A stretch of 57,654 bases of DNA, taken from contig WAKA01000207.1 of assembly GCA_015523565.1 (NCBI GenBank), positions 1 to 57,654 on the forward strand, in the 5' to 3' direction. The translations under genes were made by a program, and so were the position numbers. Numbering within the stretch: the first letter of the stretch is position 1; every line of letters starts with the position of its first letter. Below are positions 51,552-57,654 of this stretch, piece after piece. The notes under the pieces are model-generated. The model had not been told where the DNA came from. It saw nothing but the letters and a program-made list of their open reading frames with translations, and ran no database searches. Origin of the DNA: Candidatus Heimdallarchaeota archaeon (lineage in GTDB: Archaea > Asgardarchaeota > Heimdallarchaeia > Heimdallarchaeales > Kariarchaeaceae).

Positions 51552-54422
51552 GTGCACAAGTTTAAAATTCCGTACACTTATGAAAAATTATTGATTACAG
51601 GAAACGCAGTGAAAATTCCAAATACACCAATATCCATGGAAGAATTACTTCAATTTATGCATGAGATTTTAGAAGAGGTCTTGATAGAACAAGCTGGTCG
51701 AGATTTGTTTCAAAAAGAAGAGGCACTTCGACTTCTCATTTCGCACTTCTTAGCCCAAAATGATTGGAGGTCAATTGCAGACTATGAAAAAGAGTTTGCT
51801 GCATTAAACGAAAATGATCGTCATAAAATCTTGAAATCAATGATCCTTTGGTTTGAATTGGCAAATCTTGTTGAAACTACCTTCCGCAAATCAATCTCTC
51901 TTGAAGAAATCCAACAAAACGACCTGAACCTTCAATCTACCATTAAATATTCCAAAACAAAAATTACAAATGCAATTGACCTTATCGGACTAATGCATAA
52001 ATCTCAATTACAATTAACCTTTAGTCCTCATCCATTGAATAAACGTAAACCTTCAATTCTCAACCTTCTTAAAAACATCTACACAAGGCTGGAGGAATTT
52101 CCATCTTGCAAGCCTTTTCCCTTGATGACTGAAATATTGAGATCCAAAATAAAAAGTGAATTGACCGTACTTTGGGGAACAAATGAGAGCCGTCCAATTC
52201 GATACCATGAGTTTGACAGATTGCGGAATTCCCTATTCTATTTTGAAAATTCAATTGTTGATACAATTTCACTAATTTACAATAAAATTCTTCAGTCAAT
52301 GCAATTTCAACTTAAACAACATAAAGTTGATTATAATCTTCCCATATTCTTTGAATTCAGCTATCTTTTAAGAGCAATCGGATACAAAAAAAACCCTGAC
52401 CTCCCAACCTTAACACTATTAATGCAAAAACGATTAATGCTTAGACGTTATATTGATGACATTAAAAAAATGTTGAAAGACCTTCCAATATCATCTAGAT
52501 ATTTTGAGTTTTCAAATGAACTTGCAAAAAGCCTTGAAGAGGATGAATTCCTTTTCCCTGAATTCACTGCCTTGACTGAGGATTTGAATATAGACGAACC
52601 CATCCGAAGAAAGCTTGATTTTATTCGTCTGAAATTGGAAAACTCTTTGGCACAAGTCAATTCTCACATTGACCGCCTTGGACTTGATCAGACCATGGTT
52701 GGCTATAATCCCTTTTTTGTTTCTGTTCCCAATGGTCCAAGATACAATCGGTCACAGGAATTTCTTGAAGACCTTCAAATTATCTATAGGACTTTGAAAA
52801 AGTCTCGGGGGAAAATAATTGCAAAGACACATTTCCATCCGCTTATGGAAAAAGTTCGGATTTTCGGTTTCCATATGGCTCCCCTTGATATAGTTGTAGA
52901 CGTAAATGATTTGCACAATCTATTCTCCGAACTATTTGAATTGAATGGATTTTCATATCAGGATATGGAAACTTCTGAAAAGGAAAAATTGCTCCTAAAC
53001 GAGCTTTCATCGCTTAGACCTCTGGGGGCTGACCTCTTTTATCAATCAAATTTGCTTTCTTTGAGAGCAAGCCATTCCCTGAACTTTTTCAAAAAATTAA
53101 GAAATTCTCTTGATACAGTATCCCCACGATCAATCCAAAGCATTATTCTCCATAATTACAGCTCTTATGTTGATTATTTGGAAGCAATGTTGATTTGTAA
53201 GGAAGTTGGCATTCTCAAAATGGCGGCTACAAATAAAATCGCAACAATGGCAATTGACATCATTCCGAGTCTGCAGACTGACAAAAATCTTATCAACATC
53301 CCTCATGAAATTGGTCTGCTTGCAAAGCATACCAGCTATTTCCAGCTTCTCCAAAAACGAAAGAAAATCCAGCCCTTGTTTCTTGACTTTTCAACACTTA
53401 TAAAAGATGTCAGCTATTTGAAAACTTATTATTTAATACTTGAACTACACAACTCTCTTTACCACTTAAGCAAAAAAACCAAGATTAAATTCAGGATTGT
53501 TCATGGGCGTGGTAGTCCTCTTGGAAGGGGTGGCATCCCATCAAGTGAGGCTATCGAAAATCTACCTGGCATGATTCATGCTGTTCAAATCCTTGAAGCG
53601 GGAGAAGCAATACCTAGCAAGTATTTTGACAAAACAATTGCTTGGTACAACCTAGAGACTGTTGTTTCTTCTTGGCTCAAAAAACGGATATTGGGTCACA
53701 AACCCTTTGACCGTACTGTCGAAAGTAAGATTGAGAGTCTTCTGTTCCTCTCAGAAAAATGCCAAGAAAAATATAATGAATTATTGGATAATGAAGATTT
53801 CAGACAATTTTTCGTTGATTGCACTCCTGTTGATGAAATTGATATGTTTCTTTTTAATAACCCTGTTTCTTCTATTGAAAAAATCAAAAGAGGTTTACCT
53901 CTTTCTTCTATTGATACCCTATCTTGGAACTTGGCTTGGAACGTCTCCCGTATAAACCTTTCTTCATTCTATGGGGTTGGCACTGCCTTACAAACTTATT
54001 CTGAGACCTACGGTATTGATCTCCTAAAATCACTTTACCAAAATTGGGGATACTTCAAGGTAATCATTGACAATCTCCAAATGTCCCTCTTGAAAACGAA
54101 CATGAGAATCGGACCATATTACGCTTCCCACGGAGATAATAATGCAAAAGCAATCATGCATTTGATCCAAAAAGAATATGATTTGACATGTGCAATGGTT
54201 CTCCAAATTACTGGGCAAAATGAACTCCTTGAAGCCAGCTTCCTAAGAAAAACTGTCTTGAAACGATTGGAGAATCTTGATCCGTTGTCCATTGTTCATG
54301 CGTCTCTTTGGAATGACTGGCGATTGCAAGGAAGATCCAAAGATCGATCAAATAACAACATAATTCTTTGTCTTGAAGAAAGTGTTAATGTAATAACCAC
54401 TGGGCTTAGAAATATAGGTTAG
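51552..54422 (+). CDS. Bacterial/plant-type phosphoenolpyruvate carboxylase homologue, catalytically degenerate
   Basis: LANLVE, PHP, LW.T.E.R, FGFHMAPLD, HGRG..LGRGG, C-terminal GLRNIG; several catalytic motifs altered. Confidence 0.85.
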   Translation: MHKFKIPYTYEKLLITGNAVKIPNTPISMEELLQFMHEILEEVLIEQAGRDLFQKEEALRLLISHFLAQNDWRSIADYEKEFAALNENDRHKILKSMILWFELANLVETTFRKSISLEEIQQNDLNLQSTIKYSKTKITNAIDLIGLMHKSQLQLTFSPHPLNKRKPSILNLLKNIYTRLEEFPSCKPFPLMTEILRSKIKSELTVLWGTNESRPIRYHEFDRLRNSLFYFENSIVDTISLIYNKILQSMQFQLKQHKVDYNLPIFFEFSYLLRAIGYKKNPDLPTLTLLMQKRLMLRRYIDDIKKMLKDLPISSRYFEFSNELAKSLEEDEFLFPEFTALTEDLNIDEPIRRKLDFIRLKLENSLAQVNSHIDRLGLDQTMVGYNPFFVSVPNGPRYNRSQEFLEDLQIIYRTLKKSRGKIIAKTHFHPLMEKVRIFGFHMAPLDIVVDVNDLHNLFSELFELNGFSYQDMETSEKEKLLLNELSSLRPLGADLFYQSNLLSLRASHSLNFFKKLRNSLDTVSPRSIQSIILHNYSSYVDYLEAMLICKEVGILKMAATNKIATMAIDIIPSLQTDKNLINIPHEIGLLAKHTSYFQLLQKRKKIQPLFLDFSTLIKDVSYLKTYYLILELHNSLYHLSKKTKIKFRIVHGRGSPLGRGGIPSSEAIENLPGMIHAVQILEAGEAIPSKYFDKTIAWYNLETVVSSWLKKRILGHKPFDRTVESKIESLLFLSEKCQEKYNELLDNEDFRQFFVDCTPVDEIDMFLFNNPVSSIEKIKRGLPLSSIDTLSWNLAWNVSRINLSSFYGVGTALQTYSETYGIDLLKSLYQNWGYFKVIIDNLQMSLLKTNMRIGPYYASHGDNNAKAIMHLIQKEYDLTCAMVLQITGQNELLEASFLRKTVLKRLENLDPLSIVHASLWNDWRLQGRSKDRSNNNIILCLEESVNVITTGLRNIG

Positions 54423-54426
54423 ATTC

Positions 54427-54852
54427 ATGTCCGTCAAGATATCCGCATTGGAACAGCCGCAAAAGTTGTTTTTAATCCTTCTTCTTCTTTTTATTTGGTT
54501 CGAGACAATTTCTCTCATAGGAACTGTTGCCATTGCCATCCGTGAAAAATTGCCATTGGACGCCTTTGCATTTTCTTTATTGTTGGTGACCGTTACTGGT
54601 GCAATTGTCTCTTTTTTTGCCATTTTTAACAATAAACCACCATTCCACCTTGCCATAATCCCTGCGGCGATTGCAAACATAATTCTTGCAATATTCAATC
54701 CTGGTGGTATTGATGTCATTAATCTCCTTTTTTCTTTTCTCTTGCTATATCTCGTCTTAAGGTATCCTCTTGAACTTGTCCCCGACACCTATCGCCTTCC
54801 CCAAGTTCCACAGCAAAAAAAGAAAAGCAGAAAAAAAAGACAAAGGCAATAA
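54427..54852 (+). CDS. Hypothetical 4-TM membrane protein with basic tail
   Basis: Four hydrophobic segments, KKKSRKKRQRQ end. Confidence 0.7.
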   Translation: MSVKISALEQPQKLFLILLLLFIWFETISLIGTVAIAIREKLPLDAFAFSLLLVTVTGAIVSFFAIFNNKPPFHLAIIPAAIANIILAIFNPGGIDVINLLFSFLLLYLVLRYPLELVPDTYRLPQVPQQKKKSRKKRQRQ

Positions 54853-54882
54853 TTTTTATTTCACCAAGTAAAGGTGTGAATC

Positions 54883-55665
54883 ATGATTCCTGATAGCCAT
54901 CCCCGTTCGAGATCCCTCAAAACACGACATGCGCTTATTGACGGGGTCAAGAATGACATTGTTGCTGAATCTGGATTAATTGCACATGGCAGGGGCGAAG
55001 CTTTTGATTATCTTTTAGGTGAAAAAACTCATGTTTTTGCTCTGAACGCGATTAAGGCCGCGGCGGCTCTTCTTAAAACCGCAAATCATCCCGTGATCTC
55101 TGTCAACGGAAATACAACCATCTTATGTGGAAAAGAAATGGTTGAGTTTTCCAACGTCAGCGGCATCCCTTTGGAAATCAACTTGTTTTACCGCAGACCT
55201 GAACGATATCGTGCAATTTATTCCTATCTTTCAAATCTAGGGGGAAAGCATATTCTTGGCGCTGATGAAACAAAATTTACAGAATTACCAAATCTTGAAT
55301 CCTTTCGGAGAGTTGTGGATGCAAGGGGAATCTTGATTGCAGATGTTGTTATGGTGCCGTTGGAAGATGGTGACAGGACTGAAGCATTAGTGAAATTGGG
55401 AAAAAAGGTAATTACCGTTGATTTAAATCCTCTTTCAAGAACCGCTTTGGCTTCAGATATAACCATTGTTGATAATATCCAACGGGTTTTCCCCCTGCTC
55501 CAAAAATTTTTCTTTGAAATGGACAATGAAACCGCCCATGAAATCCTTGAAAATTATGACAATTCCTTTATAATCAAAGAAGCACTTGAAACAATTTCAT
55601 CCGCTTGGAAGGTTGACTTAAATGAAAAATTTGAAGAAATCCGTAAACAGAAAGGAATGACGTGA
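54883..55665 (+). CDS. 4-phosphopantoate--beta-alanine ligase (phosphopantothenate synthetase)
   Basis: IP.SHPR..SL, AHGRGEAFDYLLGE, ISVNGN, VPLEDGDR, DLNPLSRT. Confidence 0.95.
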   Translation: MIPDSHPRSRSLKTRHALIDGVKNDIVAESGLIAHGRGEAFDYLLGEKTHVFALNAIKAAAALLKTANHPVISVNGNTTILCGKEMVEFSNVSGIPLEINLFYRRPERYRAIYSYLSNLGGKHILGADETKFTELPNLESFRRVVDARGILIADVVMVPLEDGDRTEALVKLGKKVITVDLNPLSRTALASDITIVDNIQRVFPLLQKFFFEMDNETAHEILENYDNSFIIKEALETISSAWKVDLNEKFEEIRKQKGMT

Positions 55666-55794
55666 TTTTTTTTATTAGTCAAGCCTTCCGTCAATGGCAA
55701 TCCAAAAAAGGTTATATAGAAACTTTTCAAGGGATTATTATGGAAATCCGAATCAAGCCCTTTTCATTCTAGTGGCTTGGTAAAGATATGCTAG

Positions 55795-56907
55795 GTGATT
55801 ACTTTGTCATTAAACATTTGGACAAGAACTGGGTCTGAAAAAACTCAAGCAAGCCAAACAATTCGTATTTTGCTTCGCTCTTTGCAATACCTTGCAGAAG
55901 ATGCAGCACAATCCTCAACTTCCAGTCAAAATTTTACGGGGATTATTGTCCCCATTATCCGGAACCTTTTTGTGCCTGCACAAGGTATTTCCATCAATGA
56001 GCAACTCTCCACATTTCTAAGGTCGCTCGGTTGGAAAAATGCGCAGATAAGGACTCTTTCCGCAACCAAGGCTGAAATCGTTCTTGGAAACAACAGGCAT
56101 CTTGAACAACTTGAAACTTCCAAATCTGGATTGGAACTGTTGGTCAAAAGCATAATGAGGGCGATAGGCATCTATCTACTTAACAGGGAAGTTGACGCCC
56201 TTGTCAAGCTTGACTTTACTTCTGGTGTCATTTATACCATTGAACTAAACGCTGTTGAAATTCAACCAAGCATAAAAGAAACAAGGCAAAAAACTATTCC
56301 CTCCTCAACCCGTGTCGCTCCCTCCCCACAGTCCGCTCCTGCATCAACAAAAATTACAGACCTTGAATCACAAGTAGACCCTTCGCAGTTATTTATGCCA
56401 ATTCTTAACCAAAAACTTCCTCTGTCCACCCTTTATGTCCTTTTACAGGATGTCATGAGTGAATTTGCAAACTCTTGGTACAATGAGAATCCATTGGAAA
56501 AAATTGGTACTGATGACCCACGCCTTAATGTCCTGTTTTTGACTCAATTTCTAGTGGAAAAGACAATTAATGCGGGAAGAGCGACAAAAACACTCGGTGA
56601 CCAAATAGGTCGATTTTTCGCCAAGGCATTGGAAGAAACATTTGGGTCTGATCCAAATGGATTGTTGACTCCCGAAATTATAGAGTCTGATACGTTGACA
56701 ATGATAAGAGACATAAAAGCAAGATCACTATGTACCTTACAACCTGGAGACAAATGCACGGATAGCAATCGTGCCATCTGTGACTTTGGAATGGGTATCT
56801 ATGAAGGTGTGCTTTCTTCAATCACTGGTAGGAATTACCAGTTTACGAATTACTTCGCGGCTGGCAAAAGAGATATTTACTGCCTTATGGAATTTCAAAT
56901 TACTTAA
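55795..56907 (+). CDS. Tandem V4R/Bet3-like fold protein
   Basis: N-half FLRSLGW..; Pro/Ser linker; C-half G..IG, C...C..ICDF..G..EG.L...TG...C.MEF. Confidence 0.6.
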   Translation: MITLSLNIWTRTGSEKTQASQTIRILLRSLQYLAEDAAQSSTSSQNFTGIIVPIIRNLFVPAQGISINEQLSTFLRSLGWKNAQIRTLSATKAEIVLGNNRHLEQLETSKSGLELLVKSIMRAIGIYLLNREVDALVKLDFTSGVIYTIELNAVEIQPSIKETRQKTIPSSTRVAPSPQSAPASTKITDLESQVDPSQLFMPILNQKLPLSTLYVLLQDVMSEFANSWYNENPLEKIGTDDPRLNVLFLTQFLVEKTINAGRATKTLGDQIGRFFAKALEETFGSDPNGLLTPEIIESDTLTMIRDIKARSLCTLQPGDKCTDSNRAICDFGMGIYEGVLSSITGRNYQFTNYFAAGKRDIYCLMEFQIT

Positions 56908-57600
56908 ATGACTGATCCTACAATTCCTGATTGGTTAAGGGGAATTGAGAACACCCCTATATCTTCCCCTTTGCTTATTGCCTTGAACAAACTCAACGAA
57001 ATTGACTTAAGGACAGATGATTTTGACAAATTTCTTGATTTATTGCCGTCTGCTATCCGAAAAGAATTAGAGGGGATTGATACAATCCAGAAGTTTATTG
57101 AGTTTATTCTGACTGAAGGAATTTCTTTGAAACAAATTGTCAATCATCTCAATTGGAAACATTTCGAGGAATTGACTGCCGCGGTCTTTTCATTCTCAGG
57201 ATATGATACAATCTGCAATTTTTATTTTGTTCCCTTATCTGACAATAAAAGACTTGAATTTGACGTGATTTGTGAAAGTAAAGAGAGCAGGGATGTGTTT
57301 CTTGTTGATTGTAAACGTTACAAAACCCCTTCACAAGCTCCCATCAGAAAAGCGGCTGATATGCAAAAAGAACGAGCCCTGCAATTCCTTCACGCAATCA
57401 GTATGATCCATTCCGATACAAGGCTTAGTTTCCCAAAATGGGATCGTTATGTTCTTATTCCAATCATTGTCACTTGGAGGGATCATTCAATCAAATTTCA
57501 TGATAATGTTCCTATCGTTTCAATTGCCAATTTAATTGACTTTATCGTAAATTTTCCTGAATATCGAGATTTCTGCTATAAAATTGTTCAGGATTGGTGA
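56908..57600 (+). CDS. Mrr-like PD-(D/E)xK restriction endonuclease domain protein
   Basis: WKHFEEL.A..F...GY, EFDVI, LVDCKRY. Confidence 0.8.
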   Translation: MTDPTIPDWLRGIENTPISSPLLIALNKLNEIDLRTDDFDKFLDLLPSAIRKELEGIDTIQKFIEFILTEGISLKQIVNHLNWKHFEELTAAVFSFSGYDTICNFYFVPLSDNKRLEFDVICESKESRDVFLVDCKRYKTPSQAPIRKAADMQKERALQFLHAISMIHSDTRLSFPKWDRYVLIPIIVTWRDHSIKFHDNVPIVSIANLIDFIVNFPEYRDFCYKIVQDW

Positions 57601-57654
57601 ACCCTAAAATTCATGATCGTTGATATTTTGCAAGAATTTGTTCCACTTTCTCTT

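Noticed and set aside
51552-54422. PEPC-like gene as a pseudogene
   Set aside because: The reading frame is uninterrupted and the C-terminus is conserved

Overview
Gene-dense, AT-rich chromosomal region of an archaeon, most likely an Asgard (Heimdallarchaeia-like) lineage. It carries archaeal-type information and cofactor genes (RIO1, NMD3, aIF-2beta, pelota, CDC48, SecY/Sec61alpha, Sec61beta, pantoate kinase, phosphopantothenate synthetase, AMP phosphorylase) and eukaryotic-signature-like genes (ESCRT-II EAP30/Vps22-36 protein, small GTPase, V4R protein). Bacterial-type metabolic genes are mixed in (gnd, class II HMG-CoA reductase, glutamine-dependent NadE, DegV, DUF885, PEPC-like). I found no rRNA, tRNA or CRISPR array. 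The most notable observations are: (1) a two-gene, split version of the eukaryotic ribosomal prolyl hydroxylase OGFOD1/Tpa1/Ofd1; (2) a membrane-anchored protein with a Vps23/TSG101 steadiness-box-like segment, an 11x proline-rich repeat and a C-terminal MIM1/WH2-like helix, encoded directly behind an ESCRT-II Vps22/36 gene; (3) a full-length bacterial-type PEP carboxylase that appears to have lost its catalytic metal/PEP ligands but kept the aspartate allosteric residues; (4) an Rpn-like nuclease with 39-bp C-terminal repeats and a possible internal start. All family calls come from motif recognition by eye, and reference motifs are recalled from memory. No database searches were run.
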